Numbered from the stretch's first letter, positions 11,434 through 26,013 are shown. The stretch is 64,000 bases of DNA from Ramazzottius varieornatus (GCA_001949185.1 BDGG01000003.1:1925663-1989662); one strand, 5' to 3'. Notes: generated from the sequence alone by a model not told the origin. Numbers and translations: made by a program.

Positions 11434-14400
11434 AAGTTTGGTCCCTTGTAAGCTAAGGAAAAAGTTTAATGAGGTCTTTCATATTCTTCTGACAGTTGGA
11501 ATTCTTCTGTTTATGATGTAACGTAACCAGCTTTTACCCTGATGTGCTTTTGTCCTCCCTGTAGACTTTGTGGACGGACTTTGAACAGAATTTACCCAAA
11601 TTTTGAACATTTTTTCGAAGCTCGAAAAGTTTCGATGCTCAGGCTTTTCCTGCTGTGCTCTTACAAATTTCTTAAACATCAGATTAACAACGAAGGAATA
11701 GCTTACCGTATCTCTCGGTTCTCCTAGGACCCAGAAGATCGCTCTTCTGCGATCGGTTGGAGTTTGCGAATTGCTCTCATCTCGTTCCTATTACTATATT
11801 CAGTATTCTTGCGTCCTTGGGTTTCTCCGCCTCTAAGAGCACCTGAACGAGAGTCGGAAGTCCACAGTGGAATGATTGACCACATTGATTAGTACGCGAC
11901 ACACTACTGACGACTGTATTGTACTTCCGGGTGGCCAATGGCGCCACCTGTGTGAAGGAGCCCGATGTGGGTGCGCTTTGTTATGCAACTTCCGGTTGAA
12001 CTGAACGGATGCCCCACCATTACCATATCGTGCTCCGGACGGTACGAAATTATTAAATTTTTTTTTCTGATCCAGGGTCCTGTGTAGTAGCGTCAAGTAA
12101 CTGGAACAATATGGTTTAGTGCCAATCAATTAATCAGTGGAAGTAGGAGAGTATCAAAGGCGACTTCCTTTCTGATGATGATGGCCTTGGTATAGGTCAG
12201 AGTCTAATTGCACAGTCTCACAGTATCCGGCTCTTTAGAGTCATTAAGATTTTGTCAACGTAGTAAACATCTGGTGGTGCGGTTCAAATTGCGCAAGTTT
12301 GTAAGTCATCGAGGAATTTGCGGGTGTTAGTTGAAAGAAGAAGAGAAAATGGGTAGTTGTAATTTGATTTAAACGACCTGACAAGTGCTGTTTTGACAGG
12401 ACAGCCGCACAGCTGTATCTTCCGTGAGTCAGTCAACAAACTTGGCTCCTGACTTCCGAGCTTTTTGATCATGTCCGTCTGTTTCTTCGTCCGGAAAAGC
12501 CGAACGAACTGAAAAAGAAAAATTCCACATGCAGAGCGGCAACTGTTGCAAAAAGTCTCTTTGATTTCTTCGTAAGAAAACGGGTTATGAATCAACGCGG
12601 TTCTTAAGGTATCGATATTTCACTTCATGCAAAAGGGACCAGACTTGGCCTTCATTTCAAGTGGCGCGCGTGTGAATTGTTATGCGCTGAAAGTGTGCGC
12701 CACGTGGGAACGCTATCGTTATGCCCGTGTCCCAAATGTTCTGCATTCAAGTCCATTGACAGTCGCTTCTGAGTTAACGTTACGAGTGTGCCTGGATTCA
12801 ATGATTACAATCGTTATGAGCTTCGTATATGATACAATATGATACAATGTTTCACTCCTCTGACATCAAAGAGCTCGGCAAACGTGAGAGCTTGCTGTCA
12901 CGGGTTCTTTCTCGCTTTCCTCCAGGATTAGACAAGATTTACGGCCGTCAAATTCGTAGCCCCCTTTCATTTTGTTATAATTAGGCTTTAGGCTTTTCCC
13001 TTTGCTGAGAGCTACGACCGAATCTGAAATTTGTTTGTATTGTCTTTGAATTTGAGATCGCATCGAACTTCTCGACCGTCGACGTCGATAAAGATCCATT
13101 AAAAAAACTCTGACTTTCACACATCGTTATTGATGCTTGTCGTTTGCGTAATGATCTGTCCTATGTTTCAAGGCTGTCATGCTCAGGCTAAGATCTCCAC
13201 ACCCTTTGACATTGCGAGACCCAACGATGTTAACGAAGTCGCGTAACAGACTTGATTTCCGGGTAGATTGATAAAACTTACATCAATCAGAGCGGTGATT
13301 TTTGTTATTACGGGGAAGTGAAAGGAGCCAGGGAATGCTGATTGAAAATCCAGAGGCCGTCATGCTCCGGCGGAATGGTTGTTATCTGAAGTGGCGCAGG
13401 TAGCCAGCCAATGACAACTGAAACTGCGCCACTTGAAATAACGATCATCCCCAGATTGCTTGTCGGCCTCCCAAATTATTATTAAGTGATTACCGTATTA
13501 TAACGGAAAATGGAAATTATGGTTGGTGTACAGTGACCGATTAATAATTTTCGGGCATTTGTAATACGGAATGTTTGACTGTTGAGTGATGACGTACGGT
13601 CGTTAATGAAGGCCACTGTGGAACCGTCAGACATGTTTGAGATGCCAAGACACCATGCTGCCGAAGCTGCTGACGGAAGTGGCGAACTTTTAATCCTCCC
13701 AGAGTTTAGAGCCTGCCAACATGCTAATGAATGTCCGAACTTGACATTGACTCTGACGATCTCCCACGGCTTGGAGATCGCAGGATCGACAGGAAGCTTG
13801 TCAAAATTTCAAATGCATTGTGCAATATGACATGCGTTTAACAATTTATCTCGTCAGCATGCCCAGCGGATCGTTATGTTGAAACATCGACCAGCACAAC
13901 CCACAGATCTTTCGAAATTACTCTCTAAAATTAACTTTGACGCACCCGTCCCCTTCTTTTTTGACAGCGAAAAGTTTGCTGAAACGAGGAAAATATTTTT
14001 TGTCAGCATCGAATGGCATCGATATCTGGGAAAATTTCCGCATTCATCAAACTCCAATACACGCGGCGGGAGACTTCCCTCTCAATAATCTTACAGCATA
14101 AGCTCCAGGGAAGTAGTTAAACGCGTTTGTGCGTGCTATTTGGGAGCTGGGCAACTGAACTACACCAGATGGTTTTACAAGTGGTGCACGATTTCAGCTA
14201 ATAACAACGGAAACGTGCGCCACTTGCGATAATAATTTGGTTCAATTCATTATTTTGCTGTACTTTGCGCTCCAGTTGGCTACGTCACTGCGAAACATGA
14301 CGTTGTGTGGTCATTCCATCCGATCACCTCGGTTGCTTGCATAACTACTGCAGCTTGCGTCGAATCAGATAATTCGTAATAATTTGCAGGTCAATTCTTT

Positions 14401-17051
14401 GATATTTCCTCCTCGTTGGGGGAGCTCAGGCTTCCCGGAAAGTGATCATACGGCATAAGAAGCTCTCCATGGGAGACTTGCGTGACAGCCGTGCTTGAGG
14501 CACGGACAAGTCAGGCGACAGGGCCGTCACTTGTTTGTGCACGAGCCATGTCAGACACAGCGGGGGTCCCCGTAAAGCATCCCGGGAGCTGGAGAGGTTT
14601 GTTTTAGTTGCACTAGGGTGCTTTCCGGTAAGAAAAGTGGGCTAGTTACGCCGGTGCCTCATTCCTACTGTAGGATCGCGCAGCTCGCGCGATTCAAGCT
14701 CGATTATGGCAATCAGGGCAATGAGGAGGTTCGTCACGTCAATCTGGATGCCATTACATACAGAGCACTCGTTGCATCATTTAACAAAATAATCGTAAGC
14801 GATGAAGCCGCCTCCAAAACCTTTCTCACTTTCCTCAATGTTGTTTTGACCTGAAGCCAAGTGGAAAGTTAGGAAGGAAGAGGCTTCTTTAGGAGATGTG
14901 TGATGGGCCATTAGCTACTCGTGGAGGCAGTTTGGGAGCTCAGAGACGGAGATCAGGCTAGGGAAAGTGCAGGAAAGATCACCCGCTCACAGAGCCGAAT
15001 GCACAGATGTCGATATAGATGATGGGACACAAAAACTCAGAATTTTTCTACGACAACCGCCCGGTCCAGAAATACTTCCTCGTTACATTGTTTCCCCATG
15101 TCGATTACACTTGTTGGACGATTGTGTCAGATATGATGAATTTCTCTAGTTTTTGGTCTGTTTCTAGCCGGGATATTGGAGATGAAAAGTGCGCTATTGA
15201 ATTGAACCAGGTCGTTCCCCCAAGTGGTGCACTCTTCCAGGCAACAGCAATGAAAGTGTGCGCCTTTCGACATGACGATTTGGTTGGACGCATTTGCCCA
15301 CGTCCCATAAATAACGGGAAACGGGTGGGACTAAGTTTCACCGAATGACCTCTCATGAAGGTCTTTTCATGGTCGATCAGGCAGATAGTTTCCCGACGTA
15401 CTTATCGGCTTATCCCTATGAGGATAGTTGGTCCCTTTGCTAATCGCGCCCCTGCACTGGAGCGAGATGGGAGAGAGCGCGCAGGGGATCAGCTTGATGA
15501 CGGTCGGCAGGCATTTCGCTTCAATATATCTCCATCAACTGAGAATGGGCACTGTATCTTTATATGATCACTGCTCGACTGGTTAACTGCTTCGAACCGG
15601 ATGTACCCAAGGACCGTAGAGCAGAGTTACAATAGGAAAACCAAATAACGAGCTCGTCGTATGGGTCATTTCCGGTTGAGAACGACATGTTTCAGTCTGG
15701 TAGACGGAGGGAAACCTTTCGGCGAGTAATATCAAGGTCAGATCTGGTAAAACCTAGTTGTAGAAATGGCATCCCGGAAATTCGTAGGGAACTATCGCCG
15801 AAAGCTTTCGTCGGGAAAAAAGGAAATGGGAGCTCTTTTTGCTGTTTTCCCGGGTCTGAGATGCGAGCTGACTCTGTTGCGGTCACATATTTGGACGTTA
15901 TTTATAGCATTCTTTCTTGACTGAAATGTTCAATGATTTCTATGTGTTTCGTGGTTGAGAGTGCGATGACTCGCAATTAATTTTTTTTCGGAGAAAGATG
16001 AGGATAATGAGGCAGCAAGGAATTTTTAAATCTAAATTTAAAATTGGAAGCGAGAAATCGCCATTGAATATCAAAGAGCTGACGCACAAACTGTCCTGTA
16101 TCGCGTGTGTAGGGACTCGCGCAAAGATGGTTGCGGTACGAGGTAACCGTTCAAATCAAAGAGTAAAGTACATGATTGTGATTGCTACTTGAGCGGAGTA
16201 CCCCAATTGTCGAAGAAGGGGGGGGATTGTAACGGCGGTAATCATATGTCGTGTTCGTTCCGGTGGTTAGCCTTGCTCGTACAACGTAAGAAAGTTGGGC
16301 GTGGCGTCCTTGATCGCTGCTGTGACGGTATGTACGTGAGCAAGAACCCGGCAACTACTGACAAATTAAATTACTTGGGTATTCCTCCGTTGGATCTTGG
16401 CGCGGTTTTTAAACGCTCTCTGAGCGAGGAACCCGAGCAAGATCGTTTTAGCTTCTGAAGCATATGTTTTCTTCTCTCATCTCGTGTTCAAAGATTTTGC
16501 AGTATACGAGCGCCAAAAGTTGAATCGTGGTTGCTTCTGTATTGCGTGTTTAGCTTTCCTTATCCAACAACACACTTGATGTTTTCCTTATCTATCAGCG
16601 TAAAACATAAAACCCGGGCTGTTTTTCACGATCTGTCTACGAGGAGCACAAACATCGGCCTTGTAAGCCACTACAGCTAATCATATCCTCTGTGCCACGC
16701 AGCGTCTTATGGTGTTATTTTTGTTCCTGCATAGTCTTCACCGACGTCGTGTTCAAGTTCTTCCTGTGTATAGTGCGACATAAATCAACATATAATGACC
16801 TTTTTGACTACATTGTGCCCGTTGAAGAGGGAGATTATGAAGATGCGCCGTGACAGTTGAAAGACTGAAGCTGGCCGCGGGTCCATTATTGTAGGATATC
16901 CGGTAGTGCTCGATCTCGGGTTCGCTTACACGTCAGGAAACTCTCTGTGGTTGCTCTTGGTAGCTAGTCATTTGTCTTGATCACCATCTTTAGCCGGATT
17001 GATACACGCATTGCCACAGATTGCTCTATGTCTGATTAAATATTGGTGGCG

Positions 17052-19040
17052 ATGGACTGCACGATCCTCAACTGCAGCATCTACCTCAATGCCACAACGG
17101 TAAGTTTCCTGTCGTTCACTACAAGACACAGTACCGAAATACTGTTCTAACACCGAATTCTTTGGCCGGTTTGAAATGTTAAATGTGGCCAGCTTGCAAC
17201 ACTACAACTGGGAGGCCGGCAGATGAAACGTACAAGATCGTTATAACATGTGGCGCACGCTTCCATCATGATCAGCTGAAAGCGTGCGCCATTGTGCTTA
17301 ACGATCTTGAAGATTTCGTTTACCCGCCTTTCAATTTATGTACAGTTTTTCGATGCTCAACTACCTTGGCGCAGAAACGCTGTGTGTTATCTGTCAAAGT
17401 CAATGTGGCAATCTTTCAATAAAATGTAACTTAGTGCGCGCCACGGTTCTAAAAATAAACTTCATAATAGTAGATGCCTCGAAAATGAGGACATATGTTG
17501 ATGAGGCAGATGAGCGACTGTCCCTGAGAACACGTCTGGAGGACTTCTCGCGCCACAACGGGTTCGCCGATCATGCACGTTAATGTTTTTTCGTAAAGTT
17601 GTACCTACCAATAAAATGCGTTTACCCTTCGCAAACAATCACGTCGTCGCTTGAAACCATTCTATGTCCTCGAATTTACATACTGTAAATCACTCGAACG
17701 TGGGTGTTGAGCTGCCGATAGTGAGATACTACGACTTAATTCCATCATTTCTTTACTAATTTACTAAAGCTGACATTTTATTGACAGGACGAAGTCACCG
17801 AAGCAGCTCTCAACGACGATCAATACTACGCAGAATTTTTAAAAAATTCCCGGCGGATCATCCAGCTAATCCTCATTCCCATTGTGGCGGTTATCGGGAT
17901 AATTGTTAATTCATTAACTATCCTGGTCTTCTCACAGAAGCGTCTGCGCAGTTCCACGAACATGTACCTGAAGGCCCTGGCGGCTTTCGACCTGGTCTAC
18001 CTGTGCGGCGTCCTGTGTCTGTCCTTCTACCACCGGAAGTACCACCCATACTACTTGTACTTTCAACCCTACGCTCTCTTCATAACGGACTTTGCCAGTA
18101 ACGCCAGCGTCTGGTTGACCGCGGGGTTTACGGTGGAACGGTTCTTAGTCGTCAACAACCCGATGAGATGGGCGACCCACGCCACTGCAAAAACTGCCCA
18201 ACGCGTTGTTCTCATCATTGCCTTGTTCTGCTTCCTTTCCACACTCTCAACCGTGTTCGAGTGGAAGATAATACAGGTTCCAAGTAACGAAACAGGAACT
18301 GATCAACCAATACTCAAAATGGTTCCTACAGACCTAGGTAAATTCATCAGTTGGGACGTGGACAAATGCGTTCCTGAGCCAGGTCGTTCCCCCTAACCGG
18401 CGCGCATTTCCAATGATTTTGGCTCGAAAAGCGCGCCACTTGGGAGAACGATCTGGTTCAGTTCATTTGGCCACTTCTCAGTTTCCTGCTGGTGGCACAA
18501 AGGTCGCCGCAAGTGTTTCATGCTGATTTTATTTTGACAGGAAAACACGAAGGCTACCGGAAGTTCATCTACTGGCTAGTCGCTGTCTTGTTCGTTTTCA
18601 TTCCCTTCCTGACCATCGCGACCCTCAACGTCTTTCTCCTCCGGTCCCTCCGCGCGGCTCGACACATTCGATCGTCCTTGTCACCGGCCATGCAGGCTTC
18701 CGAAGTACGGACCACGCTAATGCTGGTGGTAATCATTATCATGTTCTTATTATGTCAAGGCCCGACGGCCACCATCATGATCATCTCCATCTTTGTCAAC
18801 CTCAACGAAGACTTATTTCGAGGTCTAAATAATATCTTTGTTTTGCTGGTGGTTACCAACGCCTGTGCCAACTTTTTCCTTTACGTCGGGCTGTCTCGCA
18901 AATTCCGCACTACTTTTGTTGCACTGTTGTTCAGCCGGTCCAGTTTGAAGTTCATTCCCGGGTCGATACGTCGTTCCCTACGGACAAGCATGCCAGTGGG
19001 TCACAACGGACTGTTACGCGTGAACAAGGCATATGTATGA
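17052..19040 (+). CDS. Rhodopsin-family neuropeptide GPCR (proctolin/FMRFamide-receptor-like), about 365 aa; exons 17052-17099, 17788-18337, 18541-19040
   Basis: Seven hydrophobic segments; SSTNMYLKALAAFDL, SVWLTAGFTVERF, TLSTVFEW, FLLCQGPTA, NACANFFLY; N-terminal sequons NCS and NAT; splice phases are consistent. Confidence 0.9.
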
Positions 19041-22000
19041 CCTCTGCTTACCAATACACTGAAGGAACCAACGTGCTTTCTCTACCTCGACCAGAAAACT
19101 GGGAGACCCGAAGCAATTCCTTCGAGCTTTGCAATGATTATCCATGCAAACTAAAAATACGTGTGATCTTTACAGCGCCAAAAGAAGCCACATGCCGTTC
19201 CCGACTTGACCAGATGTCCCACCGTGAAACTTCTCCCTGATGGGAATTAGCTCTTGATTAATGTCCCCAAAGGCTGACGGTAGCAACGTGACGTCGTCCT
19301 TGCGTAATAATATTGTTTGCATTGCCGAGGCATATGATATGGCTCCTTCAGAGAACCCTCACCAAGACTTGATAGAATGATCTCTCTTTCTTGAGCCAGT
19401 GCGACTATGTATTTAATCTCAACCTTCGGATGGAGCATGATCCCTTTCATCGGCATTCGACCAAGAAAGCAACGCCGCGAGCGTATTTGGACGGGGAGAC
19501 CTTAACTTTGATCAACGCAAACAAATCCGCTTCGATTATCCCCAGCGTAAATCGAGCGGACTTCCTTCCATTATGACTTTACAGTCATTTTGTTCTCTGA
19601 TAGATTTCTTCATTTTGTACTACGTAGACACACTGCTTAAAATTCTCTATTTCCGGGTCCCGTTTTAAGATCTTTGTACACTTCTCCGTAGATACGCAGA
19701 CCCTATATTTATCGACGCTTTTTACGAATTTATTAAACAGATTTGTAATACGAATTACTGAAACGAAGAGTGCTTTCTTGTAGGCTGCTATGAGTTTGTT
19801 TACTTGCGTCTCCTGGGTGAAGGAGTAAAAGATGGTGTCAGGAAGATGTAAACCATCAAAGCAAATTTCAGATTTCGTAAGCTTGGGGAGGGTACTCTTC
19901 CAATTTATCAAGATTGATTTCGTCTTCAGGAACTTTGTTGTCACGGTGTGAAAAGAGAGTCAGCAAGAGACCATTTTTCACATTGGATTGAGTTCTCCCG
20001 GTGCGGCGGAAGCCGCTTGAAGACGCTGTCGCAAGATAGCGTGCGGAGTGACGCGTAGATCAAAATATTCAAAAGCAAATTCTTACCCCTGAATTTTAGT
20101 CAATTAATCAAGAGGGCGGAAGTTCCCTCGTTTGAATAATGATGTGCTTTGCCTAATACAGTCTTCTGGTATGTGGAATATAATTCGAAACGACAGCCTG
20201 TCGCTGGAGCTAAAATTAGGGCACATGACATTTTTCTACACGGTCGCGTACCCATGACGCGCGCGGACAACACGAGAAGAATTCCTCCGAGTGAACTTTT
20301 CCGTAGGCTACAATCATCTCATTTTACTCGTGATAAATTAGGGCAAAAGATCCAAAGTGAATGAAGAGACTTGTCGTAGTTCATAAAATTCGAAGCGTGA
20401 CAAATCTGTCTCGAATATTTCGGGACACAAAACAGACGAGTCTTCTCACAAGCTGGCATCAAAGACTTGCAGAAGTCGTTCCAGCAGAGTCTTGGACAAT
20501 ATCAAGTTTTGAACAATACGATCTTTCCGTTCTGTGCTTGTCCGATATTATGAAGTTAATCACAGCGTAATCTGCTGACGGACTTTCGGGTAAAGGTCGC
20601 CAGAGTTATATTAAGCAAAGTGGCTCAGCCTCATTCATACGGCGCGGATGACGCTAGAAATCTTTACCGGTGAATAATTTTCTTCCTCTTATGGCTCTCG
20701 ACATAGCTTCTTTGGGAAAGATCCTAGAGTTTTACATGGTATACAGTAATTAATCATCGCACGTGCAAACGCTCGAACGTTTCCGATTGGTTCATAATCT
20801 TTATGAGTCCGGAAATGGACGTTTGCCGATATACCAGATACCGGTAAAGGTTTAGTGTCTGTATTCTACTGCCCAGCCGCGCCACTTATCTCATGGAACG
20901 ATAAGACCCACAAAGAAAGGAGTGCCCTGTACTGGGTTCTGGGCGTTTGGTCGTGGAAGCTCGAAAGATGTTCATATGTTTCCACCGTGGTGATACATAG
21001 TAGTCACGTTGAAGAGGTCGTAACATGTGGCCCTGTTTAGAGTTCTGCAAGACAGCAGCAGGCTTTCGTGTATACGCCAAAGATTTCCCGGAGGAAATCT
21101 TGCACGCCACAGGCAAACTTTTCACGTCAGTCATATGATGCTGCTTCTGATCCAAAGTACATGGGACTTCCGGTGCACAAAGGGGCTTTTTAGCTGAACA
21201 TAACAACCTGGTGAAGTTAGCTTAATGACACAGCACCGGAGCTTGTTTTGCTAATGGGGGACCTCGGTGAAATCCAGGTGCTGATCGGCGTGACGTACAG
21301 GAACAAGTGTCGATTGTACCAGTGGTACAGTACCTATAGTTTACAATCAGGCGAAATGACTAACATCCTGACGTTCTCTTACACCCAGAAGCTCGGGATC
21401 GGAAGACAATTGTGGATGATCACAGAAAAGCAGCGCAAACATGAATCACGGAAAAATCTTATAAAATAATTGTTGTAATATACATGCGTCACAGAGAGCT
21501 CACTTCCGGGCTTGCACAATGCGCACCTGCAGCGTTCGCGCCGTCAGCACGAGTTCAGTACACGCGCGTACGAGAAGAAAATTGTTCGAAGCTTTTAGGC
21601 GAGCTATGGAGGATTCGAGATATTCATATTCCCACCAAAGTCTTTCAGTTATCTTTGGGAATGGCGGTTAAACACAAAAGCTGTCCGCCCGCACACAGCA
21701 CGCTTGCAGCTTGCGAACTCCGTGGATCCATGCGCACTCGTCGTCCGCACCACTTCGCGGCTTCCCACTTTCTCGAAAGGCTCATAATTACAGTCTCTAT
21801 CAGCAAAGTTGATCCCTTTACTTGAAAAGTCATGTGCTCTCACTAAACGAGAAGTGTACTCATCCCACTTAATTTCATCGGATTCCTCAATCGTTCTTAT
21901 ACGTTATATACGGTGGCTCAACGGAAACCTCAGGCTCTATGAGTCACAGTCAAAATTAAAATGGACTGGGGTCGACGAAAATCTTACCTTGACCCTGCGC

Positions 22001-23001
22001 ATGCTGCACCACCACACTAGTCGTCGGGAAAACCTCAGAGCTCAGTTGCGCGAAACTTTTTGGATGGATGATTTGATATCAATCGAGAGCTGCAGGAATT
22101 CTCCATCCAGTGCTGCATAAATTCTGAGTGTTCACACAGTCTTATCGGGATCCCAGTCACTTGAACCGAGGTCGTCCAAAACGTCCCGAAAAAAGTCTTT
22201 CAACGAGGTTTCCACAGGCACCGAAACTTTCAGCGCTGTGTTAAATTTCTATAAAAGAGTAGAACACTTCACCATCGATATTTGGAAGACATATTTCAAA
22301 AGCCTTTGTATTGAGAAAAACAGTGGGTATTTCTCCTTCTCTGGGTTACACTTCGTGGCCCGTGTAGCCTGCTCCTTAACATTTTCCCATGTCTACGAGA
22401 AAACTTGTAGAGAAATGGAAACAAATCTGAACACCGTCCAGAGTTGAAATCTTTCAAAACGGGCAATTATCTACCTTCGAGAAAAATGACACTGAGTTTC
22501 ATGGAGCCCGAAAGCAGATTTCGGATTTTCTGAACTCGGTCAAATACAATGGAAAACACGGTTGAGAGACAGAGACCTGGAAGTGCGTGCCGAAAGTTTG
22601 GGGTTTCTTGAATTGCTATGTTAAACCAAAATGTACGTCACACAGTTAAGCAAATGTCGATCGGAGATCCCAAGTTTTGCATTTACTAGAGTGCTTTTCA
22701 TAACGTGCACTTCTCGCTCCGTTGTCCGTTTCCTTTGTGTCGAAATCACAAGTTCGTATTCTAGCTAAATCAGCCACAACGTACTTTACAACACGACGAA
22801 CAGTCTACAGTACAAGCACAAAGAAGCTTGGAATTAATTGCGCAAAACTTGAATTTTGATTGGAACTCTTAGTGGAAGGGATCAGCTCTCTGCTGATACA
22901 GACTGTATCACGAACGATAAATATATCTACTCGTATTTTATCCTGTACAAATCCTAGCTTTTCCAAGAGGGACCCGGAACGGGAAAACAAACAGGTCTGT
23001 G

Positions 23002-23100
23002 ACTCTGTGCAAAGCGAAACGATAATTACCTCTAGTGTATTCACTGCAGTGCGCTGCAGGCCTCTGTAGAGGTAATTATCGTTTCACTCTGCTCCGAGTC
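23002..23100. repeat. Short hairpin / inverted repeat
   Basis: GAAACGATAATTACCTCTA ... TAGAGGTAATTATCGTTTC form perfect 19-bp arms with weaker outer extension. Confidence 0.75.
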
Positions 23101-23332
23101 TGTGGTATGTACTACCTGCACATCCCTGACATACAGTATGCCATGTTAGTAAGGTGATGTCATGAATTTACCCATAATAACACGGACATGGGTCAGACTT
23201 CATTTTGCAGCTGCGCTTCTTCACTTCTTCACCAAACAGTATCCGCGTAGTCCTCCATCTTGTCCCCGCTTCAGGTCTTGAGCTGTGGTCATCGCCAGGT
23301 GACTCGATTAGAACAGGAGCAACGCTAAGGCC

Positions 23333-24022
23333 ATGCATCTTCATCCCCGTTCCAAGACGGTCCTCGTGGTCAGCTGCTGCATTCTGTTGACCGTCAGCCT
23401 GGAGTTAACAGCAGCTTACCCAGCCCGTTCCTTCCAGATGCCGTCGCAACTTTACGATATTCAAAACTTCCAGCTCCCCGAATCTGTCCGAAATCCAAAC
23501 ATCGGCGTGACCATCGACGACAGCGTCAGCCTCTCCGTCGATCCAAGGACTGGCGAAGTCAACCTGGCTGGAGGTAATGCCACAAATATGCCACGGCAAT
23601 TCATCTTCCGCCTACTGTAATATACTGCAATATGACAAATGGCTACGCGGACTCTCATATTGTAGGACCAGCGAATCGAAATAATTTGAATATTCGATTT
23701 CGATCTAGGCTCATGCATATGGTACTGTAGGTAGGCTTTTTATCTGGTAGGTGTAAGTCACGGATTCGGAGTGGACGCGGGAATTCTAACCAAGACCGCA
23801 GGGAACACCGTTAGTTTCACCAGTGGGAAGGGACGAGCTAGCGGGAATGTGGCCACTAGGGCGTTTGGGAACGGCGGAGCCTACGCTTCCGGTTCCGTCA
23901 TGGCGATTGTGCCTAGCGTCCTCAACGGTCTCTCCTTCAACACTGCAAACGCTCTGACCAACGCCATAGGAAAACGCGGATCGGCCAGAGGTACTGCGAT
24001 CGGTCACGTTGGAAAACGCTAA
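23333..24022 (+). CDS. Secreted G/A/S/T/N-rich orphan protein, about 170 aa; exons 23333-23573, 23751-24022
   Basis: Signal peptide (VLVVSCCILLTVSLELTAA). A phase-1 intron joins the two ORFs in frame; the C-terminal half alternates small and beta-branched residues. Confidence 0.75.
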
Positions 24023-24377
24023 AGCATCAGCAAAAACAAAGAAATCTGCCGGGACCACTTGACTAACTGACGCACCCTTGTGCCCACTTGTAATACTTTC
24101 CGTACTTCCAAACAGTCTTTCCATTTTAACACATCCGTGTTTTTTGGTCTTTCGAAGGTTCTTGAGTTTCGTCCAACCACTTTTCTGTCCACTCAAAGTG
24201 TTAGACTTCAGCAGTTTTTCTGACATTTCCGCATATTTTTTCCACCAAGACGCCGTTGTCAGTTCGCTTCCTGATCATGAAGCCATAAAAGTGTGAAATG
24301 TAGACCTTATGTCCGACCTTCAGTCGTACATTCGACGATTGAATTTGCTGTAGTCTGGGAGGATATTTAAGCCCAAC

Positions 24378-24879
24378 ATGTGTTCATCTGGATCTCTACT
24401 AGTTTGTCTGGTCGGGATTTCCGCTTTGTACTTTTCTGTGGCTTCGGCCCACAAAATAATTCCCGATCGTAAGTACCAATGCAGCTGTCACCACAGGTTC
24501 TCCGCTGCACATTTGACTTGGGAGCCTTCCACATGCTACGCACGAACTGCTTGTTACAAGTAGAAAGCTGTTTTCTGGTTTCGAAGCTCAAAAATCTTCA
24601 TTATTCACGAATAAGCTAACTTTCGGGTTGAATTCAGTTGTAGTAGGAAATTATCGTCCGCAAGTGGACAGTAATGGAAATCTCAACCCAGCCCAATGTC
24701 ACGCAGGAACCGGTTACTGCTGGTGTGTAGACTGGGACGGAACCATACTGGGAGAAAACGTACGAGGCGAGGACCCAAGCTCGCTGAACTGCGAGCAGAA
24801 ACGACAGGAAAGGATGCAGCCACCCACCATCGCCGACCGACCGCCACCACAACACTCCAACGGAGACAGCACTTTCTAA
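24378..24879 (+). CDS. Small secreted thyroglobulin type-1 domain protein, about 110 aa; exons 24378-24468, 24638-24879
   Basis: Signal peptide followed by YRPQVDSNGNLNPAQCHAGTGYCWCVDWDG...RGEDPSSLNC (CWCV signature). The intron has a GTAAGT donor and a GCTAAC branch site. Confidence 0.88.
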
Positions 24880-24907
24880 GTAGTGGTCCCACGGTTTGGT
24901 TTCCACC

Positions 24908-26013
24908 TTACCTCCTTTCATTCATAGCCTCCACGGGCTTCTTCCTATGCTTCATAATGTCTTCGCTCTTCGACTGAAACGCAACGATGACCGGCGCACA
25001 GTCCCAGTTAGTAACAATGCGAACGTCCACGACCTGAAAAACGATCTGGTGTACTTCATTTGTCCACTTCTCACATATTTTCTGAAAGTTTCGAGTATTA
25101 GCAGTAAGAAGTGCTAGCAGTACCGCTAATCTGTGTCAACACAGCAGTACTGGTCTCTGGTCCTGTGGATTTAGCTTGATCTCCACCGGGTAACAGTATG
25201 TCTTCAGAAAGCTTACATGGTTAAAATGCCCAAACAATAGTGTAACAATGAAAGAGCCATGGATCATACTAAACAAGGAAACAATAGCGCATGTCACAAC
25301 TAGCGCAAACAATGCCAACAACATCTCGTCGGTTTCAAAATGTCCTTCCTCCTGTTCTTCGTTGAAGAGCTTGTTAGCTCTGGATAGATTGATAGATTGA
25401 AATACGATAAAAGCAATATTCGCGCCTACGTCGATCCAGCTGGTAATAATGAAGATATGCACGCGCCACTTGATCCAAAGTATGCCGGCGAACTGTGTAT
25501 CCCGGAAGTTCGCTGCTTGGACGTGGTGGTCCGCGATGGCTGCTATCATCAGCTGGATAAGCTTGCGAATTTTATACCAGAAAGCGACAAGGCCGAGAGA
25601 TGCTACGGGAATGTTCGCACAGTGGAAAGACCCCAAGTACGCGGGGAGGGTGGAACCGGGATGGAATACTGTCGCGATCACTGTTTAGAAATTAATATTC
25701 ATGAGAGTCATGTGACTTCGGTGTGAATAAAAATCTGGCGTGTGTATTTTGTCGTGTGACAAATCTTACCTAAAAATCCTAATATAACGATGCATCCTGC
25801 AAGAACCAGACGGTGAGTATTCCACGCTGCCATTGAGCTGAGACAAACGCGGACCTTTGGACGGTTGGACAGAGGAAAATCACTTCCTGACTTGGAGCCT
25901 TCCATTATGACAAGGTTGGTCGTACTACTCGATGCCATCGATGGACTACCCGAGTTCAGACCCTTAAAATTGATCGCACCGGATGATCTACGTCTAAACT
26001 CCATAATGGTCAC
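24908..26013 (-). CDS. Uncharacterised multi-pass membrane protein; exons about 26013-25770, 25680-25217, 25081-24908
   Basis: In-frame splice joins and about four hydrophobic segments; family not recognised; last exon uncertain. Confidence 0.55.

Noticed and set aside
11500-17000. Numerous short ORFs
   Set aside because: There are no domains or coherent exon chains. This is probably the upstream region, UTR exons and introns of the GPCR.
19585-19944. 119-aa minus-strand ORF
   Set aside because: It has no ATG start, no recognisable domain and no convincing splice partners.
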